Of a stretch of DNA of 52,757 nucleotides, positions 1 to 10,457 are shown piece after piece. Position numbers and translations under genes: made by a program. Source of the DNA: Candidatus Rokubacteria bacterium GWA2_70_23. Its GTDB lineage: Bacteria; Methylomirabilota; Methylomirabilia; Rokubacteriales; CSP1-6. The notes below the pieces were generated by a model. That model made no database searches, was not told where the DNA came from, and saw only the letters and a list, made by a program, of their open reading frames with translations. Every line of letters starts with the position of its first letter. Position 1 is the stretch's first letter. The stretch is taken from the NCBI GenBank assembly GCA_001788395.1, contig MGBT01000190.1, positions 186 through 52,942 on the forward strand. Direction: 5' to 3'.

Positions 1-1288
1 AGACGATGGACGCGATGGCGCGCGCGGCGGCGATCTTCATCTCGTCGTTGACCTGGCGGGCCCGCACGTCCAGCATGCCGCGGAAGAAGCCCGGGAAGCA
101 GAGCACGTTGTTGATCTGGTTGGGGTAGTCCGAGCGGCCAGTGGCCATGACACGGACGATGCCGTGCACCTCCTCGGGCATCACCTCCGGCGTCGGGTTG
201 GCCATGGCGAAGACGATGGGGTTCTTGGCCATCCGCTGGATGTCCTTGGCGGTCACGACCCCCGGGCCCGACAGCCCGATGAACACGTCCGCCCCCTTGA
301 GGGCGTCGGCGAGCGCGCCGCGCACGACCTTCTCGTTGGTGTGCTCGGCGAACCAGGTCTTGATCGGGTTCATGTTCTCGGTGCGGCCGCGGTACAGCGC
401 TCCCTTGGTGTCGCAGCCGATGATGTGCTTGCACCCCACCGCCATCAGGAGCTTGGCCGTGGCGATGCCGGCGGCTCCCGCCCCGGAGAAAACGACCTTG
501 ACGTCGCTGATCTTCTTCTTGACCACCTGGAGCGCGTTGAGCAGCGCGGCCAGCACCACGACGGCCGTGCCGTGCTGGTCGTCGTGGAAGACTGGGATGT
601 CCAGCTCCTTGCGCAGCCGCTCCTCGATCTCGAAGCAGCGGGGCGCCGAGATGTCCTCGAGGTTGATGCCGCCGAAGATCGGCGAGACGGCGCGCACGAT
701 CCCCACGATCTCGTCCACGTCCTTGGTGGCGAGGCAGAGCGGGAAGGCGTCCACGCCGGCGAACTCCTTGAACAGCACCGCCTTGCCCTCCATCACCGGG
801 ATGGCGGCCCTGGGCCCGATGTCGCCGAGGCCCAGCACCGCCGTGCCGTCGGTGACCACGGCGACGCAGTTCTGCTTGATGGTGAGCGTGTAGACCTTCT
901 GCGGGTCGTCGTGGATCGCCATGCAGACCCGCGCCACGCCGGGCGTGTAGACCATGGAGAGGTCGTCGCGCCCCTTCACCGCCACCTTCCCGCGCACCTC
1001 GATCTTGCCGCCGAGGTGCATGAGGAAGGTCCGGTCGGAGACGTGGACCACCTTGACGCCGGCCACGTGGCGGAGGGCGTCCACGACCTGCTGCCCGTGC
1101 TTGCTGTCGCTGGCGTTGAACGTGATGTCGCGGATGACGGTCTCGGGCCCCATCTGCACGATGTCGATGGCCCCGATGTCGGCCCCCGCGCGCCCGAGGG
1201 CGGAGGTGACCTTGCCGAGCATCCCCGTGCGGTTCCGGATCTCGAGACGGACGGTCATGCTGTAGCTGGCGCTTGGTGAGACCTGCAT
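1..1288 (-). CDS. NAD-dependent malic enzyme with N-terminal ACT domain (partial; 3' end runs off the left edge)
   Basis: Not in the ORF track because it is open at the edge. Reverse translation from ATG 1288 gives MQVSPSASYSMTVRLEIRNRTGMLGKVTSA, then malic enzyme motifs VTDGTAVLGLGDIG, VMEGKAVLFK, INLEDIS, FHDDQHGTA, FAMANP and TGRSDYPNQINNVL. SD AAGGAGG lies upstream. Confidence 0.93.
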   Translation of the reverse strand, partial: MQVSPSASYSMTVRLEIRNRTGMLGKVTSALGRAGADIGAIDIVQMGPETVIRDITFNASDSKHGQQVVDALRHVAGVKVVHVSDRTFLMHLGGKIEVRGKVAVKGRDDLSMVYTPGVARVCMAIHDDPQKVYTLTIKQNCVAVVTDGTAVLGLGDIGPRAAIPVMEGKAVLFKEFAGVDAFPLCLATKDVDEIVGIVRAVSPIFGGINLEDISAPRCFEIEERLRKELDIPVFHDDQHGTAVVVLAALLNALQVVKKKISDVKVVFSGAGAAGIATAKLLMAVGCKHIIGCDTKGALYRGRTENMNPIKTWFAEHTNEKVVRGALADALKGADVFIGLSGPGVVTAKDIQRMAKNPIVFAMANPTPEVMPEEVHGIVRVMATGRSDYPNQINNVLCFPGFFRGMLDVRARQVNDEMKIAAARAIASIV

Positions 1289-1504
1289 GGGCTCGCTCCT
1301 CCTTGATGGATTCTGCCGTGACGCTCGTGTCGCGGCAATGGTCGCCGATCGGCTCTCGCAGGGGCTGGGACAGGCCTGATCGGACCCGTCGGAGCGAGGC
1401 GCTCCCTCGCCCTACGAGCACCTTCCGTCATCGCGCCGGCGTCCGTCCATGAGTCGTTTGTCTCATTTTCTCGTGGGCCGCAGAGGCCGGCGCGGGCGAA
1501 CCGG

Positions 1505-4500
1505 CTATCGGGTCCGGCCCAGGACGAGCTGCCCCTCGGTCTCGCCCTTCTTGACCGGGTGCTGGTTCTGGCCAGTCGCCTCGGGCACCTTCCTCGACAC
1601 GTACGCGTAGACCTCGTCCACGGTGATGACGCCGTCGCCGTCGAGGTCGGCCTTGCCGCGGAGGCCCTCCAGCAGGTAGTACGTGAAGACCCCGTGACCC
1701 AGCTCCTCGCGCTCCTCGCTCACCTCGCTGGCGCGGCTCGCCGTGAGGACCACCCGCCCCCGGGCCTTGCCCAGCCGCGCCAGGAACGCATCGGACACCA
1801 CGGCCCGGCGCGAGGCCGTGACGAAGGTCCGGCCGCCCGTGGCGCCGCTGTAGCAGGCGTCCGAGATGAAGATCACGCGCTCGGCGGAGAGTCGCTGGAA
1901 GATGGTTTCCACCTCGCGCATGGGCAACCCCGTCGTGTAGAGGTCGTTCGGGTCCCCGTCGTAGGGAACGATGTACTTCTCGAGCCCGTCCTCGTCCTGG
2001 CTGGTGGCGTCCGTCTCGGGGGCGCCGTGGCCGGCGTAGTAGATGATCACCGTGTCCTGCGGCGCGGCCTTGCGCTTGAGGTCGGTCCCGAGCACGCTCT
2101 TGATCTTGACCAGCGTGGCCTGGTCGTTCAGCAGGAGCGTGATGTTCTCCTGCGGCACGCCCACGTTGGTCCGCAGGTAGTCGGCAAAGGCCGCCGCGTC
2201 CCGGTCGGCGAAGCGCAGCGATCGGATGCCCTTGTACTTCGAGATGCCGATGACCACGGCGTGGATCTTGCCGCGCTCCACCGCGCGCGTGATGATCACC
2301 GTCCGGGTCGTCGCGAGGTTGTCCCGGTCGTAGGCGGTGACGACGATCTCGTTCCGGCCTTCCTTGAGCGGCACGCGCTCGGAGATCTCCAGGTTCTCGC
2401 TCTCCGACACGGTGCCCGACAGGCCGCGCCCCTGCCGGCGCGTCAGCACCTGGCCGTTCACCTTCAGGTCCACCCAGGCGACGCCCTTGCCGCTGGCGAC
2501 GGCGCCGATGAGCTGGACCCGGTCCGCGGTGACCTGGGCGCCATCCTGCGGAGAGGCCAGTGCGATCACCGGCGGCGCGTTCTGGAGCACGCGGACCACG
2601 GCCGGGCCGCGCACCACGGGCACCGCGATCTCCCCCTTGGCGCTCACGTTCATCTCCGCCACGTCGCGCCTGGCGATCCAGCCGGTGTCCTTCTCCGAGA
2701 TCTGGATCCGGTACCAGTCGCCCAGCTCGCCCGTCACGGCCAGCTGCTGGTCCTTGCCCGCCGAGGCGATGACCGCCGTCTCCGCGCCGGCGCCCCCATG
2801 CACCCTGGCCGAGGCGTCCTTGACCGTGACGAGCTTGTTGGTGACCACGATCTGCGGCGGCGGCCGGCTGTCCACGGGGAGCTTGATCTCCTCGCTCAGC
2901 ATGGCGTTCATGCCGGTCTCGCGGATGAGGAACCGCAGCGGGAGCTGCGCCTCCGCGAGATCGCGCCGCACGGCGAGGTTCACCCGCGCCGTCTTCGTCT
3001 CGTCGGGGGCGAGCGCGCCGAGGGTCGCCGTGCCGCTCGTGATGGCGAGCCCCTGGGTCACCGCGCTCGTCACCTCCACCCGCGTGTCGCGCGCGGCCAC
3101 GGGGCCCACGTTCCGGAGCGTGAGCAGGAGGTCCACCGCCTCGCCCTTCTGGATGCGCCCGTCACCGTTGCCGACCGAGCCGCCGCTGCCGTCGTCGATG
3201 ATCTGGTAGGTATAGGCGAAGCGCGGGCGCGCCGCGCCCCGGATGGCGATCATCGCCTTGAGGGGATCGGGGGCGAAGCCGTTGTACTCCTGGAACTCGA
3301 CCCGCAGGGGGACGGAGGCGTCGCCGCGGTCGCGCGGGACCTGGATGGCGACGCGGTCCTCGGCGCTCTTCCCCCCGTCGATCTTCCCGAGATAGAAGAG
3401 GTGGCCGTCGAGCGCGGCGTCCTCGCTCCGGGTCCGCGCCTGCAGCCGGTAGAGCGGCCCCTTCCCCTTGTTGGTCACCGTGACCGACAGCGTGAGCTCG
3501 CTCCCGGCCGCGGCCTGCAGGGGGCGGATGGACAGTTCCGCCTCGGCCAGCGGCGGCGGAGACGGCGCCGGGCCGATCTCGTCGCCGCGCCGCTTGATCT
3601 TCTCGGCGAGCGCCGGTCCGAGCGTGGGCGCCACGGGCGGGCGCAGCAGCACGGTGCGGTCGCGCCCGCCGGAGGCCACGAGGGCGCCGTCGCGCGACAC
3701 CGCCACCGCCCAGACCGGCCCCTTGTGCCCGGTGAGCGCGGTGCGCTCCGTCCCCGTGGCCACATCCCAGATGCGCACGCTGCCGTCGGCGCCGGCCGAG
3801 ACCATGCTGCGCCCGTCGGGGGAGAAGGCCACGGACTGCACCTCGCCTGCGTGGCCCGACAGCACGCTCCGCTCCCGGCCACTCGCCACCTCCCACAGCC
3901 GGATGGTCCGGTCCGCGGAGCCCGTGGCCAGGAGCGATCCGTCCGGCGAGAAGGCCAGGGCGTGGACCTGGCCGCCGTGCCCCGCCAGCGCGAGCCGCTC
4001 ACCGCCCGTGGCCGTATCCCACAGGCGCGCCTGCGCGTCGCTGCCGCCCGTGGCAAGCGTTCGGCCGTCCGGCGAGAAGGCGACCGTGAAGACGATGCCG
4101 AAGCGGCTCCGCATGGAGCGGATCTCCCGGCCCGCGCGCGGGTCCCAGATCCTGATGCTGCCGTCGTCCCCGCCACTGGCGATCAGGCTGCCGTCGGGCG
4201 AGAAGCCGAGCCCCCGGATGGCGCCGAAGCGCGTGGAGAGGACCCGGACCTCCTTGCCCGAGGCGACCTCCCAGAGGCGAATGGTCGTGTCGCCGCTGCC
4301 GGAGGCAAGGAGCTGCCCGTCGGGAGAGAAGGCCAGCGCCCGCACGGGCCCCGTGTGGCCGCGCAGGATGCGCAGGTCGCGGCCGGTGTCCGGCTCCCAG
4401 AGCCGGATCGTCTGATCGCCGCCGGCGGAGGCAAGCATCCGGCCGCTGGGCGAGAAGGCCAGGGTGAAGACCTCGTTGGTGTGGCCTGCGAGCAGGCGCG

Positions 4501-4627
4501 GGGCGACGTCCTGGGCACGGGCGGGAACGGGCCAGGCCACCGTCGAGCCGGCCAGCGCCAGCAGCGCGCAAGCGAGCCAGCGGATGCTGGAAGTGCTGCG
4601 GTGGGGTGCCGAGCGAGTTTCCCTCAC
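1505..4627 (-). CDS. Exported multidomain protein: signal peptide, 7 WD40 repeats, Ig/CARDB-like and SH3-like domains, C-terminal caspase-like peptidase C14 domain
   Basis: Hydrophobic N-terminus ending ARA-QD. Seven repeats of GH/RF..AFSPDG..W(D/E) type. SH3b-like segment GELGDWYRIQ..TGWI. C14 motifs AVVIGISKY, YYAGHG and SDACYSG. Confidence 0.88.
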   Translation of the reverse strand: MRETRSAPHRSTSSIRWLACALLALAGSTVAWPVPARAQDVAPRLLAGHTNEVFTLAFSPSGRMLASAGGDQTIRLWEPDTGRDLRILRGHTGPVRALAFSPDGQLLASGSGDTTIRLWEVASGKEVRVLSTRFGAIRGLGFSPDGSLIASGGDDGSIRIWDPRAGREIRSMRSRFGIVFTVAFSPDGRTLATGGSDAQARLWDTATGGERLALAGHGGQVHALAFSPDGSLLATGSADRTIRLWEVASGRERSVLSGHAGEVQSVAFSPDGRSMVSAGADGSVRIWDVATGTERTALTGHKGPVWAVAVSRDGALVASGGRDRTVLLRPPVAPTLGPALAEKIKRRGDEIGPAPSPPPLAEAELSIRPLQAAAGSELTLSVTVTNKGKGPLYRLQARTRSEDAALDGHLFYLGKIDGGKSAEDRVAIQVPRDRGDASVPLRVEFQEYNGFAPDPLKAMIAIRGAARPRFAYTYQIIDDGSGGSVGNGDGRIQKGEAVDLLLTLRNVGPVAARDTRVEVTSAVTQGLAITSGTATLGALAPDETKTARVNLAVRRDLAEAQLPLRFLIRETGMNAMLSEEIKLPVDSRPPPQIVVTNKLVTVKDASARVHGGAGAETAVIASAGKDQQLAVTGELGDWYRIQISEKDTGWIARRDVAEMNVSAKGEIAVPVVRGPAVVRVLQNAPPVIALASPQDGAQVTADRVQLIGAVASGKGVAWVDLKVNGQVLTRRQGRGLSGTVSESENLEISERVPLKEGRNEIVVTAYDRDNLATTRTVIITRAVERGKIHAVVIGISKYKGIRSLRFADRDAAAFADYLRTNVGVPQENITLLLNDQATLVKIKSVLGTDLKRKAAPQDTVIIYYAGHGAPETDATSQDEDGLEKYIVPYDGDPNDLYTTGLPMREVETIFQRLSAERVIFISDACYSGATGGRTFVTASRRAVVSDAFLARLGKARGRVVLTASRASEVSEEREELGHGVFTYYLLEGLRGKADLDGDGVITVDEVYAYVSRKVPEATGQNQHPVKKGETEGQLVLGRTR
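3641..4496 (-). repeat. Seven WD40 coding repeats (~126 bp period), one beta-propeller
   Basis: Seven ~42-aa units in the translation, diverged at the DNA level. Confidence 0.85.
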
Positions 4628-4761
4628 CTGAACCCCCTCCCCGCATGTCGCCGCGGGGGGTGCGTGCCGAAGGCAAGCCCTTGCCGGTTGAGCCAGGGTA
4701 GGCCGATTGTACTACCGACTGGCCTCTGCACGCTCCCCCGTCTGAGGGGGGCCGGCGGGGG

Positions 4762-5430
4762 TCACAGGCGGGAGCGGGACCCCCTGGGGGGCTCCACGAC
4801 CAGGGCCGGTGCGACGAGCGGCGGCCGTCGCCGGCGGCCGGCCAGGCGACGCGCCCGGTCCCAGAGCCTCACCCCGAGCAGCAGCACGAGTACCATCGCG
4901 TACCAGTAAGGATCCTGCACGCCCTTCTTGGCCAGCCACAGGTAGTGGAGCGCGGCCAGGACGCCGATCGCGTAGACCAGCGCGTGAAGCCGCCGCCACG
5001 CCCGCGCGCCGAGCCGCCTCACCATGCCCGCCGTCGAGGTGATGGCCAGCGGCACGAGCAGCGTGAGCGCCAGCATGCCGACCGTGATGTACGGCCGCTT
5101 CACGATGTCGGCCCCCATCGTGCCCCAGTCGAAGAAGTGGTCCAGCACGACCCAGACCGAGAAGTGGAGCGCCGCGCAGGCGAAAGCGAAGAGCCCGAGC
5201 AGTCGGCGCAGCGAGACAGGCCACGACCACCCGAAGAGGATCCTGAGCGGCGTCATGCCGAGGCTCGCCAACAAGAGCCTGAGCGTCCAGTCCCCCAGCG
5301 TGTTCGTGACGAAGCTGATGGGATTGGCCGTGAGGCTCCCCGCCCAGGCGCGCCAGAGGAGAAAGCCAAGCGGCCACAGGCCCACGGCCCAGACGCCGGT
5401 CTTCAGCGCGATCCGGGACCGCCGGCTCAC
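4762..5430 (-). CDS. msrQ: Protein-methionine-sulfoxide reductase heme-binding subunit MsrQ
   Basis: 3' part of ORF 4762..5982 from GTG 5430: LTANPI, GDWTLR, RRLLGLFAF..LHF, KRPYITVG, LAITS, WRRLHALVY, LHYLW. Directly downstream of msrP. Confidence 0.9.
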   Translation of the reverse strand: MSRRSRIALKTGVWAVGLWPLGFLLWRAWAGSLTANPISFVTNTLGDWTLRLLLASLGMTPLRILFGWSWPVSLRRLLGLFAFACAALHFSVWVVLDHFFDWGTMGADIVKRPYITVGMLALTLLVPLAITSTAGMVRRLGARAWRRLHALVYAIGVLAALHYLWLAKKGVQDPYWYAMVLVLLLGVRLWDRARRLAGRRRRPPLVAPALVVEPPRGSRSRL

Positions 5431-5453
5431 GTGGCGCCGTTCCGGCCTGCGGA

Positions 5454-6407
<954 letters not shown>

Positions 6408-6570
6408 GGAAGGGCCTCCTGTGGAGCCAGAGTGTACCAGCGATCCGGAGCCCGCGCTGTCACGGCGGTGTCAATTCCTGCACCGCGTCACGCCTCGGGG
6501 GCGCGTCATTATTCTTGAGGCCGGGCGGCGGGGGCGACCCTATGCTGAATGGCACTCTCGAGGGTGCCCC

Positions 6571-7257
6571 ATGAAGACGCGCGCCGTCGCCGCGACACTG
6601 ACCCTGGCCGTGCTCCTCGCCGGCTGCGCCGCCGTGCCGCCCGGCGCCTACTACCCGCTGCCCTCCGACCCCGCCACGGCCCGTGTGGCCCACGTGCTGC
6701 ACCGCGCGGCGGTGGCGGCCGGCGACGATCCGGGCCGCTACAGCTTCGCCTTCGTCAAGACCGAGGTGGTCGCGGCCTTCAGCGACGAGGACGCCATCTT
6801 CTACTTCACCGAGGGCCTGGCGACGCTGCCCCAGCGTATCGTGGAGGCGGTGGTCGCCCACGAGGTGGCGCACGAAGTGCTCGGCCACATCGGCACGCGA
6901 CGCGCGCTGGCGCTTTCCATCACGGCCGGCTTCAGCCTGCTGGGCATCGTGGCGCCCGGTGTGAGCCTGCTGGACTTCGTGGCGAACCCCATCGCGGTCC
7001 GCGCCTTCTCGCGGCGTCAGGAGCTCGAGGCCGACCAGAAGGCGGTGGAGATCCTGCGCGCGATGGGGCATGCCGCCCCGCGCCAGGCTGTCGCGCTGGC
7101 GCTCCGCGCCCTCAGCGCCGCGAGCCCCAGGCCCAAGGAAGATCTGGGCGGGCTACTTGCCAGCCACCCGTCCATGGACGATCGGCTGGCCGCGCTGGAG
7201 CCGCTCGAGGCGCCCCTGCCCCTCGCCTCGCGCCCCAGCGCCGGCCCGGCGAAGTAG
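6571..7257 (+). CDS. M48 family zinc metalloprotease, lipoprotein
   Basis: Lipobox LLAGC, HEVAH (HExxH), SRRQELEAD and SHP motifs. Start moved to ATG 6571. Confidence 0.85.
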   Translation: MKTRAVAATLTLAVLLAGCAAVPPGAYYPLPSDPATARVAHVLHRAAVAAGDDPGRYSFAFVKTEVVAAFSDEDAIFYFTEGLATLPQRIVEAVVAHEVAHEVLGHIGTRRALALSITAGFSLLGIVAPGVSLLDFVANPIAVRAFSRRQELEADQKAVEILRAMGHAAPRQAVALALRALSAASPRPKEDLGGLLASHPSMDDRLAALEPLEAPLPLASRPSAGPAK

Positions 7258-7698
7258 CACCACCCGCGTCCCCGCGATCCGGTCGGCGAGCCCCCGCCGC
7301 TCCGGCCCCAGCAGGAGCACCGTCGAGACGATTCCCAGCGTGAGCGTATCGAGCGCGCCCCCCAGCGTCCGGAGGAGCGCGCGACCATAGCCCGCCCTGG
7401 CGCCGTCCTTTCGCACCACCGCGATCCCGAGCGCCATCTTCCCCGGGGTCTGGCCGCAACCGCCGATGAAGGCCACGCGATAGACGAGGTGGAGCGTCAC
7501 GGCGAGAACGATCACGGCCACCAGCAGCACCAGCCCCTCGAGCGCATCGCGTCTGAGGCCGCGGAGCGCCCAGAGGCCGAGCACGAGCCACATGGCGCAG
7601 ACGGCGACGGCGGCGAGGCCGATCAGCGCATCGAGGAGCGCGGAGACCCCGCGCCGCCCCAGCCCCGCCGGCCGCCGTGCCTCGCGGGGCTCAGTCAC
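7153..7698 (-). CDS. RDD family membrane protein
   Basis: RR..ALLD, GQTPGKMALGIAVV and RRGLADRIAGTRVV are RDD motifs. The C-terminal tail overlaps the M48 gene. Confidence 0.8.
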   Translation of the reverse strand: MTEPREARRPAGLGRRGVSALLDALIGLAAVAVCAMWLVLGLWALRGLRRDALEGLVLLVAVIVLAVTLHLVYRVAFIGGCGQTPGKMALGIAVVRKDGARAGYGRALLRTLGGALDTLTLGIVSTVLLLGPERRGLADRIAGTRVVLLRRAGAGARGEGQGRLERLQRGQPIVHGRVAGK

Positions 7699-9787
7699 GC
7701 GCTCGCTCTCCGTACAGCCGGGTGTACTCCTCCCACGACAGCATCACGCGCTTCACGAAGGCGCGCGTCTCGTTGAAGGGGATCTGCTCCACCCAGACCT
7801 CGAGGTCGTTCCCGCGGCGCGCCGCCCACCACCCGCGCACGCGCGTGGGGCCGGCATTGTAGGCGGCGACGGCAAGCCGCGGATCGGCGAACTCCCGCAG
7901 CAGCCCGGCGAGGAAGACCGCCCCCAGCTCCAGGTTCGGGCCGGGCTCCTCCAGCATGTCCCCGTCCTGGAAGGCGAGCCCCCGCTGCCGTGCCATGGGG
8001 CGCGCCGTTTCGGGCATGAGCTGCATGAGGCCGCGGGCCCCCGCTCGCGAGCGCGCCCGCGGATTGAACGACGACTCCTCCCGCACCACCGCGGCCACGA
8101 AGAGCGGGTCGAGGGCGGCCCGCGCGGCGGCGCCCGTCAGCTCTGCCCGCCAGCCCAGGGGATAGAACATCTCCCAGAACGTGCGCGGAAGCCAGGCATG
8201 CCCCGCCCGCGCCAGCCCAAGAAAATCGCGGCGCAGGATCCGCAGAGCCAGATGATGGCGCGCGGCCTCGGCGTAGGCGGCGGAGACGGCGAACAGTCGC
8301 ACGGGCTCGCCGGCCGCGCGCCGCGCCAGCTCGTCCATCTCGCCGTCGGCCCAGTCGGGGAGGCCCACCGCCCGGAGCGCCTCGACCTTGACGTAGCGCG
8401 GATCGGCCCGGATCGGAGCGAGCGGATCGGCGGGCAGCGCCAACGCTGGGCGGGCCGCCTCGCGCGATGGAACGGGAGCGCGCTGCGCCAGGCGGCGAGC
8501 GGCCAGGACGCCGTAATAGGTCCGCGGCGCGTTCGCCGCCAGCGCGGTCCAGTGGCGCGAGGCTCCCTCCGTCTCTCCTCGCTCCTCGTGGGCGCGCCCG
8601 ATCCAGTAGCCCGCGGCCTCCCGGTAGGTCTGCCCCCCGCGGGTCGCCAGCAGGCGCCCCCAGCGCTGCGCCGCGCCCTGGTGGCTGCCCCGCAGCCAGG
8701 CGAGCCAGCCGAGCCGCCAGAGGGCGCGCGCGCCGTCCTCCGCGTCCGGATACTCGGCGCCGAGCTTGCGGTACACCGCCTCGGCCTCGGGGAGGAGGGG
8801 CGTCGCCTCGAGGAGCTGTGCCTTGAGCCAGAGCGCCTCGGGCGCCTCGGCACTCTGCGGGTGATCGCGCACGAGCTGATCGAGCGTCGCGATGGCAGCC
8901 TGCCGCGATCGCTGCAGGAGCCGCGCCCGCTCGAGCAGCCACGGCGGGCGCCGCTCGGCAGGAGCCAGCGCCAGCGCGCGGTCCACCGCCCGCAGCGCCT
9001 CCTCGGGGCGACCGACGCGCCGCGCCGCGTCCGCCACCACGCGGAGCGCTCGCAGAGCGACATCGCCCGTGGCCCCGTCGCCCAGAAGCGCCTCGGCCTC
9101 GACGCGGGCCGCCGCGGCGACCCCCGCCGCGAGCAACCGCTCGGCCCGGTCGAGCCGCTCCCGAGGCGTCACGGGCGGCACGGTCAGACCGCGATCGGCG
9201 AGGAGCCGCTCCTGCTTCGAGGCCTCCGCGGCATAGGGCGAGGCGGGCGCTCCGATCCAGATCGCACGGAGGAAGCGCAGCGCCTCGGCAGGCTGGCCGG
9301 TGGCCGCGAGGGCCTGGGCCAGCGCATAGCGGGCCCCTGCGCTCTCAGGATGATCGGGATAGCGGTCGAGGAAGCGCCGAGAGAGGAGCGCGGCGCCCGC
9401 ATCATCGCCTGTGCGCGCCGCCTCGCGCGCCGCCAGCAGCAGCGCGTCGTCCAGGAGCGGCCCGTCGCCGGCCTTCTCCGCCGCCTTCTCCGCCGCCTGC
9501 CGCGCGCCTGCCGCGTCACCCAGGCGCGAGAGACTCTCGGCCTGGAGGAGCAGCACGTACTCGGTGATCGGCGTCGGCGCCGCGGCGATGGCGGCGAGCT
9601 CGCGCGCCGCCGCCTTCGCATCCCCGCTGCGGTGGAACGCCAGGGCAGCGACCAGCCGATCGCGCCACTCGGCGCTGAGCCGGACGGGCGAAGCAGGCGC
9701 CGGCGTTCCGGCAGGAGGCTGGGCCGCCGCCCACGTGGCAGTGAGTCCGAGCGCCGCGAGTGCGAGGAGGATGAGCAGCCGCTGCAT
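7691..9787 (-). CDS. Soluble lytic murein transglycosylase (TPR/helical N-terminus + SLT domain)
   Basis: Signal peptide, helical repeats, SLT motifs REESSF, GARGLMQLMP, AAYNAGP and IPFNETRAFV. Confidence 0.92.
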   Translation of the reverse strand: MQRLLILLALAALGLTATWAAAQPPAGTPAPASPVRLSAEWRDRLVAALAFHRSGDAKAAARELAAIAAAPTPITEYVLLLQAESLSRLGDAAGARQAAEKAAEKAGDGPLLDDALLLAAREAARTGDDAGAALLSRRFLDRYPDHPESAGARYALAQALAATGQPAEALRFLRAIWIGAPASPYAAEASKQERLLADRGLTVPPVTPRERLDRAERLLAAGVAAAARVEAEALLGDGATGDVALRALRVVADAARRVGRPEEALRAVDRALALAPAERRPPWLLERARLLQRSRQAAIATLDQLVRDHPQSAEAPEALWLKAQLLEATPLLPEAEAVYRKLGAEYPDAEDGARALWRLGWLAWLRGSHQGAAQRWGRLLATRGGQTYREAAGYWIGRAHEERGETEGASRHWTALAANAPRTYYGVLAARRLAQRAPVPSREAARPALALPADPLAPIRADPRYVKVEALRAVGLPDWADGEMDELARRAAGEPVRLFAVSAAYAEAARHHLALRILRRDFLGLARAGHAWLPRTFWEMFYPLGWRAELTGAAARAALDPLFVAAVVREESSFNPRARSRAGARGLMQLMPETARPMARQRGLAFQDGDMLEEPGPNLELGAVFLAGLLREFADPRLAVAAYNAGPTRVRGWWAARRGNDLEVWVEQIPFNETRAFVKRVMLSWEEYTRLYGERARD

Positions 9788-9800
9788 GCCCTCAGTGTAC

Positions 9801-9841
9801 CCCCTCCCCCTCTCCCCTCGGGGAGAGGGCGGGGTGGGGGG
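9801..9841. repeat. Short GC-rich REP-like palindrome CCCTCTCCC-CTCG-GGGAGAGGG with G-rich tail
   Basis: Perfect stem at 9808-9829 in the intergenic gap, followed by GGGGTGGGGG. Confidence 0.55.
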
Positions 9842-9857
9842 CTGCGGTGCGGCGGCG

Positions 9858-10445
9858 CTACCGGACGGCGGTGGTCCGCGCGGCGCGGCGCGTGTAGAGA
9901 ATGCGCTGGAGCGCCGTCAGGTGGGTGAGGGCGGCGAGCAGCGCCATGGCGGGGACAAGGAGGTTGAAGACGGCGCCCGCGATGAGCAGGATGAGGCGCT
10001 CCGGGCGCTCCATGATGCCGATCTCGCACGCGATGCCGATGGACTGGGCGCGCGCCTTGGTGTAGCTCACCATCACCGTCCCCACGAGGCCCGCCATGGT
10101 GAGAATGCCGCCGGCCGCGTCCCCCGCGCGCTGGCAGAGCAGCAGGATGCCCAGGAGCACCACGAGGTCGGAGTAGCGGTCCACCACGGAGTCGAGGAAG
10201 GCGCCGAAGAAGGACTCCTGCCCCGCCAGCCGGGCCAGCGAGCCGTCGAAGAAGTCGAAGAGCCCGGAGAGCGCCAGGAGCGCGGCGGCGAGCCTGAGCC
10301 GCCCCTCGGCGAAGCTCCAGGCCGCCAGACACGACACCCCGAGCCCGACGACGGTCAGGTGATTGGGCTTGACCCGCGCCCGCAGGAGCAGGCGCGCGAC
10401 GGGATCGCCGATCCACTGGATGCGGCCCTTGTACTGGCTCAGCAT
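9858..10445 (-). CDS. CDP-alcohol phosphatidyltransferase
   Basis: PNHLT and the DFFDGSLAR..GAFLDSVVDRYSD signature. Confidence 0.92.
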   Translation of the reverse strand: MLSQYKGRIQWIGDPVARLLLRARVKPNHLTVVGLGVSCLAAWSFAEGRLRLAAALLALSGLFDFFDGSLARLAGQESFFGAFLDSVVDRYSDLVVLLGILLLCQRAGDAAGGILTMAGLVGTVMVSYTKARAQSIGIACEIGIMERPERLILLIAGAVFNLLVPAMALLAALTHLTALQRILYTRRAARTTAVR

Positions 10446-10457
10446 GTCGCCACCGGA

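Noticed and set aside
1289-1504. Riboswitch in the malic enzyme leader
   Set aside because: GC-rich stems are present but no recognisable riboswitch consensus.
3641-4496. Periodic sequence as a CRISPR array or DGR-like repeat
   Set aside because: The period is explained by in-frame WD40 repeats. There are no identical repeats with spacers and no cas or RT genes.
7153-7257. 105-bp tail-to-tail overlap of the M48 and RDD genes as a special feature
   Set aside because: The overlap covers mostly low-complexity tails, which is common in GC-rich genomes.
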